Origin: Halobacteriovoraceae bacterium
GTDB lineage: Bacteria > Bdellovibrionota > Bacteriovoracia > Bacteriovoracales > Bacteriovoracaceae
DNA length: 64,000 nucleotides
Reading direction: 5' to 3'
Assembly: GCA_963719505.1 (NCBI GenBank)
Contig: CAVRCF010000005.1
Location: forward strand, 864,001-928,000
Each line of letters begins with the position of its first letter. Positions within the stretch are counted from its first letter, which is position 1. A model generated the notes under the pieces. It saw only the letters and a list, made by a program, of their open reading frames with translations. It searched no databases and was not told the origin of the DNA. Below are positions 49,915-60,400 of the stretch, piece after piece. Position numbers and translations under genes: made by a program.

Positions 49915-50700
49915 CTACTTTAAAGCCGCGATATATGTTACCCAAGCTTCACATTGTTCAGCTTCTTCAGTTGCATAGAACTCACCGTCCCCTGCTCCAT
50001 CGCCGTCATCGCCTTCCCAGTAACCAACAGTTTTAGAGAAACCAGCCTCAATCAAAAGATCTCGAAGCTCCATCATTCCCCACATTCTCCAGTTATAAAC
50101 AAAGACATCTTTTCTCTTTTGCTCACCTTTTCTTTTAAAGTGAATGGCAAAACGACATTCATTTGTCATTGGGTTAAACATCTGACATTCCCAAAAATAC
50201 TTGAAGCCATCGTGAGAGATTATATCTGTATTTTCTTGAATGCTATCTGGTCCACCAAAAAGATCCATAAAGAAGACCCCACCTTCATTTAAAGCTTCAT
50301 GTGCGGCTTTAAAATAGGTTAAAAGGTCGGATCGTTTGTGAAAAATAAAATATGAAAAGTTAAAAGCAAAACAGATGTCCACTTTAGGAGTTCCAGAGTT
50401 TAGAACATTCCCCTCGATATATTTCATTCTCTTTTGTTCTTCACTTGATAGTTTGGCGTAATGATTTTCCACACCATACTCAATCGGCTCTGGATCAAGG
50501 TCTATCCCCCAAGCCTTATGCTCTTTACTTTGCTTAACCCACTCACAAGAAATAGCAGCGGTCCCACAGAAATCTTCTCTTAGGGTCTTAGCTTTTGCTC
50601 CGCGCAATTCTTCGAATTTATCATTAAAGAATTCGACTTCGTTTGAAGGGTTTTGAACACTTTTTTCGTAATAGACATATTTATTGAATGGTTTTGCCAT
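49915..50700 (-). CDS. Class I SAM-dependent methyltransferase
   Basis: LREDFCGTA motif I variant, GIDLDPEP, AFNFSY, GGVFFMDLFGG. Confidence 0.85.
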   Translation of the reverse strand: MAKPFNKYVYYEKSVQNPSNEVEFFNDKFEELRGAKAKTLREDFCGTAAISCEWVKQSKEHKAWGIDLDPEPIEYGVENHYAKLSSEEQKRMKYIEGNVLNSGTPKVDICFAFNFSYFIFHKRSDLLTYFKAAHEALNEGGVFFMDLFGGPDSIQENTDIISHDGFKYFWECQMFNPMTNECRFAIHFKRKGEQKRKDVFVYNWRMWGMMELRDLLIEAGFSKTVGYWEGDDGDGAGDGEFYATEEAEQCEAWVTYIAALK

Positions 50701-50795
50701 TAGGTACTACTCCATTTGAATCATTTTTAGTTTTTTGATTCAAACAGAGTAGCAAGGTTTTAATTGAACTTTAAGCTATTTGTTTCACTAATACG

Positions 50796-52982
50796 TTATT
50801 TTTTTAAGATGTCCTGAAAGATATGGAGTGTTTCATCTATGACAGGATCTTTTTGTAATAGCTCAACATACTCTTTTTGTGTTTCTTTCTCTGCTTCATC
50901 TCTCGTCTTTTTGAGACCTGAAACTTTTAAATCCTTATTAATAGCTTCAGACTTAAATTCCTCAGACTTCTTAAACGTCGTATCTCTGTATTCTTGAAAA
51001 GACTTTAGGTTTAGTGTTCTCACCGAATCATCTCTTCTTTTCTTGTACCATTTCGTTGCAGCTGTAACTTTCTTAAAATGATCAGACTTAGACGTTCTCT
51101 TTTCACTTTTTTCTTTAATGTCATCAAGATCGTACTTTGCGTCTTCCCACTTTTTGTACTCAACTGAGCCAATTTCTCCGTAAGGAATTGCGTAGTCAAG
51201 AGATCTTTCTCCAGTCTCCATATAACCAAATGGATCTGGTAGAACAATATCAGGTTTTACACCTTTAAATTGAGTTGATCCACCGTTGACTCTATAGAAC
51301 ATCTGAATAGTAATTTTTAGTGCACCAAGAGGAGTAAACTGCTTGCCAGGTGCTCCTGCATAACGATCAAGCCCCACGACAGCCTGAACTGTTCCCTTTC
51401 CATGTGTTTGCTCACCTGAACCAACGACAATTGCTCGTCCGTAATCCTGAAGAGCAGCGGCAACAATTTCTGAAGCCGAGGCACTGAAACGATTGACGAG
51501 GACAACGACTGGCTTTTTAAAATAAATTTTTCCATCAGTATCCGTTAAGACTTCTTTATTACCTTGGAATCCTTTAACTTGAACGATTGGTCCCTTCTTT
51601 ATAAAGAGTCCACTCATCAGTCTTGCATCCTCAAGGGCTCCTCCACCATTATTTCTAAGATCTAAAATGATACCTTGAACATTTTGCTTTTTAAGCTTAA
51701 TGATTTCAGTTTTAACATCATCAGAACAATTTCTACCATCTGGATTTTCGAAATCTCTATAAAATTTTGGAACCACAATGTATCCAATCTTAACTCCGTA
51801 GTTTTTATTCTCTAACACAGAACTTTTTACGTAAGTCTCTTCGATAACAACTTCATCTCTGACAATGGCAATAACTTTCTTCGTTCCATCAGGACTTTTT
51901 ACAGTCAATTTAACCGTCGTTCCCTTCTTTCCTCGAATAAGCTTAACCGCATCTTTTAGACTCATATTAACAACGTCAACGGGCTTTTTATCCCCTTGCC
52001 CAACAGCGAGAATAATATCTTCAGCGGCTAATTCTTTGCCTTTCCAAGATGCACTTCCAGGAATAATCTTCTCTACTTTAATATAAGAGTTCTCTTCTCT
52101 AAGAAGTGCTCCAATACCTTCAAGTTTCCCTGACATATCGATATCAAAGTCTTCTTTTTCTTCTGGAATTAAATAATGAGTATGCGGATCATAGACTCTT
52201 GTAATCGAATTGTAGAATCTATCGAGACGATCATTTCCTTCAATTTCTTTGAGTCTTTTAAAGACTTTCTCATATCTTTTGGCAATCTTCTCTCTCGCCT
52301 CTTTTTCAATTTGAGCATCTGAGAGTTTCTTTACTTTTTTCTTACTCTTTTTGGCTTCTTTTTTCTCTTTGTCCGTTTGGTTCTTACCTAGCTGAGTATC
52401 TTTTTCTTCGATAAAATCAGAAAGAACATCTAACGTTAACATTTTAGTCCATCGATCGAGAAGTTGCTTTTCAGTTTGAACAAACTTTCTCTTTTTAGGA
52501 TCAGTTTCAAATGTCATTTTAGAATCCAGATCGACTGGCTTTGAAAGTAATTTTTTTACGTGAGCTTCAACCGTTGAGATTCTTTTATCTAATATGGACA
52601 TGGCCTTGTTGATAACCACTAAGTCCCCTGACTTTAATTCGTCATCAAACTTCTCTTCAAATTTATTTAATTCACGCACATCTCCTGCAAGCAGAAACTG
52701 TTTACCGTAATCGATTCGCTCTAAAAAGAGTTTATAAGCATCTTCAGACAAATCATCATCAATGGTTTTCTTAGCGTAATGCATATTTTCAAGAGCACCT
52801 TTGAGGATATTCCCTAAGATTTTCTCTTTACTTAGTCGAAGCTCACCTGAGACTAATGCTCCAAGACTTGTCGGCTTTTTATTTTGCTCGGTACTCATCA
52901 TAGACGAGCTTCCCTGAGATAGAGCAAGTGGACTGGCCACAGCCATTACTAAACCAAAGGCCATAAGTTTTAACTTAGACAT
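50796..52982 (-). CDS. prc: Carboxy-terminal processing (tail-specific) protease, S41A
   Basis: YDPHTHY, LEGIGALL PDZ region, LDLRNNGGG, SASASEI, GKGTVQ, GGSTQFKGV. Confidence 0.95.
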   Translation of the reverse strand: MSKLKLMAFGLVMAVASPLALSQGSSSMMSTEQNKKPTSLGALVSGELRLSKEKILGNILKGALENMHYAKKTIDDDLSEDAYKLFLERIDYGKQFLLAGDVRELNKFEEKFDDELKSGDLVVINKAMSILDKRISTVEAHVKKLLSKPVDLDSKMTFETDPKKRKFVQTEKQLLDRWTKMLTLDVLSDFIEEKDTQLGKNQTDKEKKEAKKSKKKVKKLSDAQIEKEAREKIAKRYEKVFKRLKEIEGNDRLDRFYNSITRVYDPHTHYLIPEEKEDFDIDMSGKLEGIGALLREENSYIKVEKIIPGSASWKGKELAAEDIILAVGQGDKKPVDVVNMSLKDAVKLIRGKKGTTVKLTVKSPDGTKKVIAIVRDEVVIEETYVKSSVLENKNYGVKIGYIVVPKFYRDFENPDGRNCSDDVKTEIIKLKKQNVQGIILDLRNNGGGALEDARLMSGLFIKKGPIVQVKGFQGNKEVLTDTDGKIYFKKPVVVLVNRFSASASEIVAAALQDYGRAIVVGSGEQTHGKGTVQAVVGLDRYAGAPGKQFTPLGALKITIQMFYRVNGGSTQFKGVKPDIVLPDPFGYMETGERSLDYAIPYGEIGSVEYKKWEDAKYDLDDIKEKSEKRTSKSDHFKKVTAATKWYKKRRDDSVRTLNLKSFQEYRDTTFKKSEEFKSEAINKDLKVSGLKKTRDEAEKETQKEYVELLQKDPVIDETLHIFQDILKK

Positions 52983-52995
52983 TAAAATTCCTTTT

Positions 52996-53439
52996 TTATA
53001 AATTGTTCTTAAATGTATCTCTAAATAACGATACTATTTTTTTACTATCTTCTATTTTTTCTTTTTCACCTTCACATATGGTCAAGTCTTCTCCTCTCAT
53101 CGACAGGGCATAAACTTCTTTGCAAGTCTTACCAGCAAAGGGTTCTTTCATGTATTTGAGATTGATAAAAGAAGCCACGAAGTCTTCATCAATCTTCTTG
53201 GCTTTAAGATGGCCAACTTTAAAAAGAGGACTTGTATTCTTCCCAACCGTCGCTAAAAAGTATTGACCAGCGGTAGATTTTTTAAGCATATACTCACTGC
53301 CTTTCACCTCTTTAATTGAAAGGACAGTTGATATCGTTCTCAAATCTATATTACTTATTTTTGGAGGCGCATCAAAAGCTTGAGTCACACCCAAAAACGA
53401 CGTAAAAATAAATAAAACAAGACCTACTTTAAATTTCAT
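52996..53439 (-). CDS. Hypothetical secreted protein
   Basis: ATG 53439 followed by a signal peptide. Confidence 0.68.
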   Translation of the reverse strand: MKFKVGLVLFIFTSFLGVTQAFDAPPKISNIDLRTISTVLSIKEVKGSEYMLKKSTAGQYFLATVGKNTSPLFKVGHLKAKKIDEDFVASFINLKYMKEPFAGKTCKEVYALSMRGEDLTICEGEKEKIEDSKKIVSLFRDTFKNNL

Positions 53440-53519
53440 CCCATCATTGTAACAAAGCCTTGTAAAATAAACAGTAAATACTAATTGCCTCAATTTTGTT
53501 AAAACTGTATAAAATTAGT

Positions 53520-54563
53520 ATGAATTTATATCCATTATTCAAATCACTCGCATTTCAACTAGACCCTGAAAGAGTTCATGACTTGTCTATGGGAGTTTTC
53601 TCAAAGTTACCCAATGTCTCGTCTCTATTTCCCGGCTGGAGCCAAAGTGAAAGATATAATCTGTCTGATGGCCATTTAACGTGGAGCAATCCGATCGGAC
53701 TTGCAGCTGGATTTGACAAAAATGCAAGAGCGATAGACTTCTTCACCAATGTTGGCTTTGGGGCCATCGAAGTTGGAACAGTCACTTTGGAGCCACAAAT
53801 TGGCAATGACAAGCCGCGAATATGGAGATATCCAAGCCTACTATCTATTCGTAACGCAATGGGCTTTCCCAACTTGGGCGCTGAAGCAATATACAATAAT
53901 ATCGTCTCTCATAAAAAGACCTCAACTCCATTGGGTGTCAATATCGGAAAAAATAAAGAGACTTCAGTCAAAGATACTCCTCTTGAGTATGCAAAGCTCT
54001 ATGAAAAATTTGCGCCGATTTGTGATTATCTGGTTATTAATATTTCATCACCAAACACTCCAGGGCTTAGGGAGTTGCAAACGAAAGAAGCGTTTGCAGA
54101 AATTTGTACGGCCGTGAATGAAAAAAGAGTTCTTCGTCCTAAGCCTCTTTATCTAAAGATTTCCCCGGACTCAAACCCCAAGGATATTCGAGATTTGGTA
54201 GAGCTTTCAAAACAGTATAAAATTAGTGGAATTATTGCGACGAATACAACTTCTGATCATCAATTTCAAAAAGGTGGTATGTCTGGGGCCTATCTCAAAG
54301 ACATCTCACACAAGATGAGAAAACAGGTTTGCGAAATGACTAAAGAGACAAAAGATCTCAGTGTCATAGGAGTAGGAGGAATTAATTCGTTTGCTGAAAT
54401 TCTAGATTTTTGGAAAGACGGCGGAAAAATGGTTCAGCTCTACTCCAGTTTTATTTTCGAGGGACCTCAATTACTCACTAATATTCAAAATGAGCTTGAT
54501 CTGTACCTCGACAACTTGGGCTTACAAAACGTTCAACAGCTCGTTGATAGTTTAAATCATTAA
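53520..54563 (+). CDS. pyrD: Quinone-dependent dihydroorotate dehydrogenase (class 2)
   Basis: NPIGLAAGFDKN, GVNIGKNK, INISSPNTPGLR, LKISPD, ATNTT. Confidence 0.96.
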   Translation: MNLYPLFKSLAFQLDPERVHDLSMGVFSKLPNVSSLFPGWSQSERYNLSDGHLTWSNPIGLAAGFDKNARAIDFFTNVGFGAIEVGTVTLEPQIGNDKPRIWRYPSLLSIRNAMGFPNLGAEAIYNNIVSHKKTSTPLGVNIGKNKETSVKDTPLEYAKLYEKFAPICDYLVINISSPNTPGLRELQTKEAFAEICTAVNEKRVLRPKPLYLKISPDSNPKDIRDLVELSKQYKISGIIATNTTSDHQFQKGGMSGAYLKDISHKMRKQVCEMTKETKDLSVIGVGGINSFAEILDFWKDGGKMVQLYSSFIFEGPQLLTNIQNELDLYLDNLGLQNVQQLVDSLNH

Positions 54564-55969
54564 AATAAAGATCCAAATTTTTCTAAAAGAGAATTGACGA
54601 TACCTGCTTTCTTTTCTGTGTAAGGAGGATAAAAGTAAGATGTCCCAAGATCGATATCTCGTCTCATGACGCTTCTGAGGTGAGAGAACTCTTCGAATCC
54701 ATACTCTCCGTGATAACGACCAAGCCCAGACTTTCCAGCTCCACCAAAAGGGAGTGTCGGATGACCAACGGCCAAGAGCACATCATTGATAGTCACTCCT
54801 CCATTAGAGGTACTCTCCATAAGCTTATTCATCGAACTTTTTGAATCACTAAAGATATACATCGCAAGTGCGTTGTCGTAGTCATTTATAAAATCAATTG
54901 CTTCATCTATATTGGTATAATTCACAATTGGAAGAACGGGACCAAAAATCTCATCCTCCATAACATCCATCTTCTTATCAATATTTGTTAGAATGGTTGG
55001 ATGAAGAATTCTTTTGTCAGCAATATACTCGCCACCACACTCGAGCTTCGCACCAGCTTCTATGGCCTGATCAACTAATTTTTTTAGCCGCTCACCGTGG
55101 CGATCCGTAATAATATAATTATAATCCTCACTGTGTTCAACTTCTTCACCGTAAAACTCTTTGAGATATTTTTTACAGGCTTCAACAAATTCCGACTCAT
55201 CATCTTTGTGAATTAAGACATAGTCTGGAGCAACACAAGTTTGACCTCCGTTGACGAATTTTCCCCACATTATTTTCTTTGCCGCTTTATCGAGATTGAT
55301 CTTTCTGTCGACAAAAACTGGTGACTTTCCACCAAGCTCTAAAGCAACACTTGAGAGGTTTTTACTGGCAGCCTCCATCACTATTTTTCCTACAGGAGTA
55401 CTTCCCGTGAAGAAGATATGATCAAAAGGAAGCTTTAAAAGTTCTGTAGAAGCTTTTGCATCCCCTTCAAAAACGACGACTTCATTTGAAGTAAAAACAC
55501 TAGAGAGGAGATCAATGACGACCTTATTCGTCTCAGGAGTATACTCTGAAGGTTTTAAAATACTTGTATTTCCCGCCGCAAATGCTGTGAGAACGGGATA
55601 GATCGCCAACTGAAAAGGATAATTCCAAGGAGAGAGAATAAGACAATTCCCCTTCCCCTCTCTTCTTACCCAGTTTTTAGAACCTTTAAATAAAAGTGGT
55701 GACGATTCCTTTTTGTCACTCATCCACAAAGGAAGCTTCTTTTCCAAAAGGTTGATCATACTTATCACGGGCATTATCTCTGTAAGATCCGTCTCTACGA
55801 GGGGCTTATGAAAATCTTTTGAAAGAGCAGCAGCAATTTCGTCTTTTTTTGAGATAAGCAGCTTTTTAAACTTCCTAAGCTTACCAAGCCGGTATGAAGC
55901 CGAAGAATTTCTCACCTTATATTTGTGAGCTTTTTGAGCGCTAAATGCCTGAGTATATTGATCTTCCAT
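54560..55969 (-). CDS. Aldehyde dehydrogenase (ALDH3-like)
   Basis: PWNYP, FTGSTPVG, LELGGKSP, GQTCVAPDY, EIFGPVLP, PFGG. Confidence 0.95.
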   Translation of the reverse strand: MEDQYTQAFSAQKAHKYKVRNSSASYRLGKLRKFKKLLISKKDEIAAALSKDFHKPLVETDLTEIMPVISMINLLEKKLPLWMSDKKESSPLLFKGSKNWVRREGKGNCLILSPWNYPFQLAIYPVLTAFAAGNTSILKPSEYTPETNKVVIDLLSSVFTSNEVVVFEGDAKASTELLKLPFDHIFFTGSTPVGKIVMEAASKNLSSVALELGGKSPVFVDRKINLDKAAKKIMWGKFVNGGQTCVAPDYVLIHKDDESEFVEACKKYLKEFYGEEVEHSEDYNYIITDRHGERLKKLVDQAIEAGAKLECGGEYIADKRILHPTILTNIDKKMDVMEDEIFGPVLPIVNYTNIDEAIDFINDYDNALAMYIFSDSKSSMNKLMESTSNGGVTINDVLLAVGHPTLPFGGAGKSGLGRYHGEYGFEEFSHLRSVMRRDIDLGTSYFYPPYTEKKAGIVNSLLEKFGSLF

Positions 55970-56031
55970 TCTCTTTTCCTTTGCAGATTGAGCCTTAGTA
56001 TAAATTAAAAAGCACCAGATGCAAAAAAAAC

Positions 56032-56058
56032 TAAAAGACTAAGTAAATATACCGATAA
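56032..56058 (+). promoter_or_regulatory. Sigma-28 (FliA)-type promoter upstream of lipoprotein gene
   Basis: TAAA (56032)-N15-ACCGATAA (56051-56058). Confidence 0.65.
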
Positions 56059-56088
56059 AGAATTAGTAATAATCAAAATGGAGTCTTT

Positions 56089-57048
56089 ATGTTTAAATTA
56101 TCATCAGTTTTACTAGCAGCATTGGCCCTTAGTTCTTGTCAATCTTTCAACTCTGTAAGCGAGTATAGTCCGAATCAAAGACGATATATTGCAAATATTG
56201 GTTCCGGAGTCTTAAAGGGATTTATTGATGATATTTCGGCTCAAACTCGTAACTCAACGCAAAGATTCACCAATAAACAAATTGAAAAGAAGGCCCTTGA
56301 ATACATCAAGAAGAATCATAAAAAACTTGGAATAACAAAAAGCCAGGCTGATGAGATTACTTCAATTTATGATGATCTTCCTTATATGAATAAAGTTCAC
56401 AAACACTTAACAAGAAATATAACTGATATTGTCCCTGTAAACTCTAGCATTGCAGAAAAAGCTTATGCTGCTATTCAGAGATCGGGTTCAAGTTTAAATC
56501 CATACAGTGTGGCCGGAAGAGAACTAAGAGAGGGAACTCTTGCAGCTCGAAGCTCAGCTTCACCAAGCGCACCATTAAACTTCGACGACGCAGTTGTAAG
56601 ACAAGAGATTAGAAACGTTGACGATGTCGCTGTAAGAAGAACGTACCAAGATAACTATAAACTTTTTAAATCAAGAGAAGCTGCAGACCCTATTGCAGCG
56701 GCTAATATTAATGAGATCATTGAAAGTGCAACTGTTGTCTACAATAGAACTGGTAAGAGTGCTATGGGTAAAGGCTGTAAAAAGTTTAATGAAAATGCCT
56801 CAAGCGAAGTTCTTGAAGTTAAAGCCAACCTTGATTTAGAATTTGCTATCGCAGTTGAAAAAAAGGCTTTTGAAAAAGCTGGTGGACCTTTTAAACATCA
56901 CAAAGATGTTCCCGCTAATAAGAAACTTACAGTTGAAGAAATAGATGAAATTAGAGTTGCCACTTTTCAAAAGCAGCTCAATTATACGGCTGAAGAAGCG
57001 GCTACAGCTGTGAAGAGACTCAAAAGAGCACCTTGTCAGGTTTACTAA
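56089..57048 (+). CDS. Hypothetical lipoprotein
   Basis: GGAG RBS, lipobox LSS-C, helical composition. Confidence 0.8.
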   Translation: MFKLSSVLLAALALSSCQSFNSVSEYSPNQRRYIANIGSGVLKGFIDDISAQTRNSTQRFTNKQIEKKALEYIKKNHKKLGITKSQADEITSIYDDLPYMNKVHKHLTRNITDIVPVNSSIAEKAYAAIQRSGSSLNPYSVAGRELREGTLAARSSASPSAPLNFDDAVVRQEIRNVDDVAVRRTYQDNYKLFKSREAADPIAAANINEIIESATVVYNRTGKSAMGKGCKKFNENASSEVLEVKANLDLEFAIAVEKKAFEKAGGPFKHHKDVPANKKLTVEEIDEIRVATFQKQLNYTAEEAATAVKRLKRAPCQVY

Positions 57049-57053
57049 TTTAA

Positions 57054-57401
57054 ATGAACTACTTTGACACAAAGTTTCTTCATATTGTCTCTGTTATTGT
57101 CATGTTCATGTCAATAACAGCAACCCTTTACAAGCCAGAGGGAAAGCTTCATAAAATCCTCTCTGGTATCTTTACTATTATCGTTCTTATCTCAGGAATA
57201 CTTTTACTTCGACGTTTTGGGATTACTTCATCCGGTCCTTTTCCGGCGTGGGTCCTTGTCAAAATGGCCATGTGGCTAGCCGTGGGAATCATATCCCCTA
57301 TCGTTGTCAAAAGGTTTAAGAAGTTTGCACATCTTCTTATATGGCCTTGGATGATAGCGATGGCAATCGCTACGGCCATGGCCATCTACAAACCTCTTTA
57401 G
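57054..57401 (+). CDS. Small four-TM membrane protein (SirB2-like, tentative)
   Basis: KFLHIVSV, LISGILL, PAWVLVKM, C-terminal IYKPL. Confidence 0.6.
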   Translation: MNYFDTKFLHIVSVIVMFMSITATLYKPEGKLHKILSGIFTIIVLISGILLLRRFGITSSGPFPAWVLVKMAMWLAVGIISPIVVKRFKKFAHLLIWPWMIAMAIATAMAIYKPL

Positions 57402-57404
57402 TTT

Positions 57405-60400
57405 CTAATCATGGTAAGTTCTTACACCGTTATCGATGCTCATACTTTGAGCGATCTTCTCTTCCATGATTTGTCTTGCCCTATTGGCTTCCTCTGTGAG
57501 TGTTCCATTTTGACTAACCATAGATTCGTAATAGTTAATAAGGTCTTCAGAATCTGATTTAAACTTATAGTTAGGGTCAACAACATCTCCCATAAAAGTA
57601 TTTTGTGGGTAAACGGCCATCTTAAAGTTTTGAGCAGTATTTCCATACAAGTAAGCCATTGGACGAAGACCTTCTACAACTTTAGCATGATCCTTAAACG
57701 TTTTATGAAAGGCCTTCATCGTTCCCTTAGACTTTTTAGCCACTTCTTTTAAGACAAGAATTTCTTGATCCGTAAAGTTTTTAAGCATCTGCCCCATGAG
57801 ATCATCACCTTCTCTAACGATAGTTCCTGCTTGGATTCCATTTTTAAAGTCCATCATCTTATCAACAGTCTTGGCAATATTATCAGCTCTGTCTTTAACC
57901 ATTTTTGCTTGCATATCTTTAAGCTCTGTCCACATTTGGTCATTGTCTTTAAGGAATTTTACAAGTCTTCCTTCTTTGACAGCCTTTAGGTATGAACTCG
58001 GTACAAAAGCATATTTTGAGTACTGAATTCCATTATCTAAAACTTCCCTAAAGCCCAGACCACCATTTAATTTAATTTTTTGAACGTATCCAGCTTCTTT
58101 TGAAACAAACTCAGTATAGGTAGTCAGTCTGTCACTTAAAGCTTTCTGATAAGTCTTGATTTCTTCAAGTAGTTGCCAAGGTTTCGTGTGAACTCCCGCC
58201 TCTTTAGCCGCTCTTGATAGACCGATTCTCAAAGGAGCACCGTGGAGAAGCTCAGGAGGAAGAGCTTGGTACCTTGGTTGGTAAGCACGTGCTCTATTAA
58301 TGATCTGCTGACCTTTTGCAACAAGTGCTTTAGGTGCTCCAAGTCTTGCTCTTAGATCTTTAAATCTTTCAATTTTATAAGTCCCTGCTGGAGGTGCACT
58401 GAAACCGCGAAGTTTAGTATTTGTGAGTCTTCTATAAGCCCCGCGACCAACAACACCAGAAGATTTTCCTATATGCTTAACAAGTGCACCGGCGTAAAGA
58501 AAATCCAGTGGCATTAAACCTATTGTCCAAGCTTGCTTAGATTTTAAAGCCGCTTGTTCAGATCTCAACATATCCCAGTCGACAACTTGAGAAAAATCAA
58601 CTTGTGACTGAGCGAGTGATCTTTGAAACTTTAACTGATGAGGCATTTCTACAAAGTGCGTATTTACTCTTGCATAAAGTGAACCGACAACAATGGGAAA
58701 AGAGATAAAGAACTCTAGGGCCAAAAATCCCGAAGCCATTGCGTAGACACCGCCGATAACTCCTGGTGCAGCCGTTCCGCCTGATCCAATAATTAAGACC
58801 ACCGCAAGTGCTACAAGAGCAGCATATCCAAGAACCTTAAGTGATGGCTCAAAGTAGTCTTCATTTAGTGCTTCCCACTTTGATCTTATATCTTTAACAA
58901 TAGCTGTATCAAGATTTTCAAGGTGCTTTGCTTCCTCTTCGCTTCCCCCCATAGGGTTTTTAATTGTCGCTCTAAGAAAGCCTGAAGCTTTAAACATATC
59001 TTTAAATGACTGATCATTTTTATAATTTAAATAATTGGCAACACAAAATTTGTAAAGCTTAGAGCCTGCGTTTTTAATACCATCTTCGATAACATCATCG
59101 ATCATCTCTTTGGCTTTTCTCTCATCTAAATAACCCGTTTTCTTGTTATAAGCCTCAAGAGAGATCTGAGTCAGTAAAGGTGCTTTTTTAGTTTTTGTGC
59201 TTTGATAAGTCGTTGAAGATCCCATCCCATACATTCCATAACTTGGAGTATGCGCAGTATAAGTCTCCGTCCAAGTATAGTCATTTCTTAAAAGAGGTGC
59301 CATTTGGTAAGCCTGACTTGTTTTATTGATTGCAAGAAGCTCTTGGTCTGAATTTTGTGAAGCAAATAAATCTCCGACAATCCCGTTTGAGTATCCCATC
59401 ATATTAAGATTAAGAACGGTCAAGAGTCTATAAACAAAATGGTTCATCGACTTTATTCTCTTCTCTTCGCTTATACTTCTTGCCTTCGTATACTTTAAAA
59501 CTTCCGGCTTTTGCTCAAGTTTCTCTACTGATTTTTTATTTAGAATATTTGCGTTCTTAACAAGTCTTAGAAGCTCATTATTAACTTGCCCGACAACTCC
59601 TTTTGGAGAAATGATCTTACCGCTGTCGTTAATAAAGGTTGGGATGGCAACTTCACCTGTTGTGAGTTTATCTTTATTCCAGCCAGGAGTAACGCCTGGA
59701 ACTTTTCTTGGGACACTTGTGAAATAAGGATGAACTGCAACAGCTGTATTATCGGCAACATTTTCATTTAACCTAGCAACATAGTTAAGAACATTATCCA
59801 TATCTTCTTGTGATACTTCTTGCATAAAGTCACGATTTGAAAGGTTAAAAGGTTTACCGTCTGCAAAGACTGGAAGTCTTGGTCTAGCGACTCTTGTATT
59901 GTCTCTTGGAAAAATTTCTACTCTATTTTGGTATTGTCTTAAAATATAACCTTGAACATCAAAAGGAAATTTCTTATGAAGCTCTTTGGCATACTCTTTC
60001 GTGATTTTTCTAAGGCTTTGTGCTCGCGCAATAGATGATCCTGTGTATTCATACTTTCCATTTTTTTGAACGAGATATTTTTTATTGAAATCTTTGGCGA
60101 TGCTTTCAAAGAACTCACTAAGCTCTTTGGCCCATTCAGGGTTGTTTTCTAAAGCAAATTGAATATCAAAATTACTCTTAAGTTTATTTTCAAAAAACAT
60201 CATTAATTCTTCAACATTTTCTGGGTCAAGACGAAGCATTGTATGAATTTGCTCTTCCTCTTCTAAACCTTTTAAGATTCTTGCCGCTTGAACTGACTTC
60301 TTTACAACACTAAGTGTCTCATTTATTTTTGCTTCACGATTCGCACGTCTAAGCTCTGATTGATTATTATAGTTTCTAAGAGTTGCTAATAGTTTCTTTT

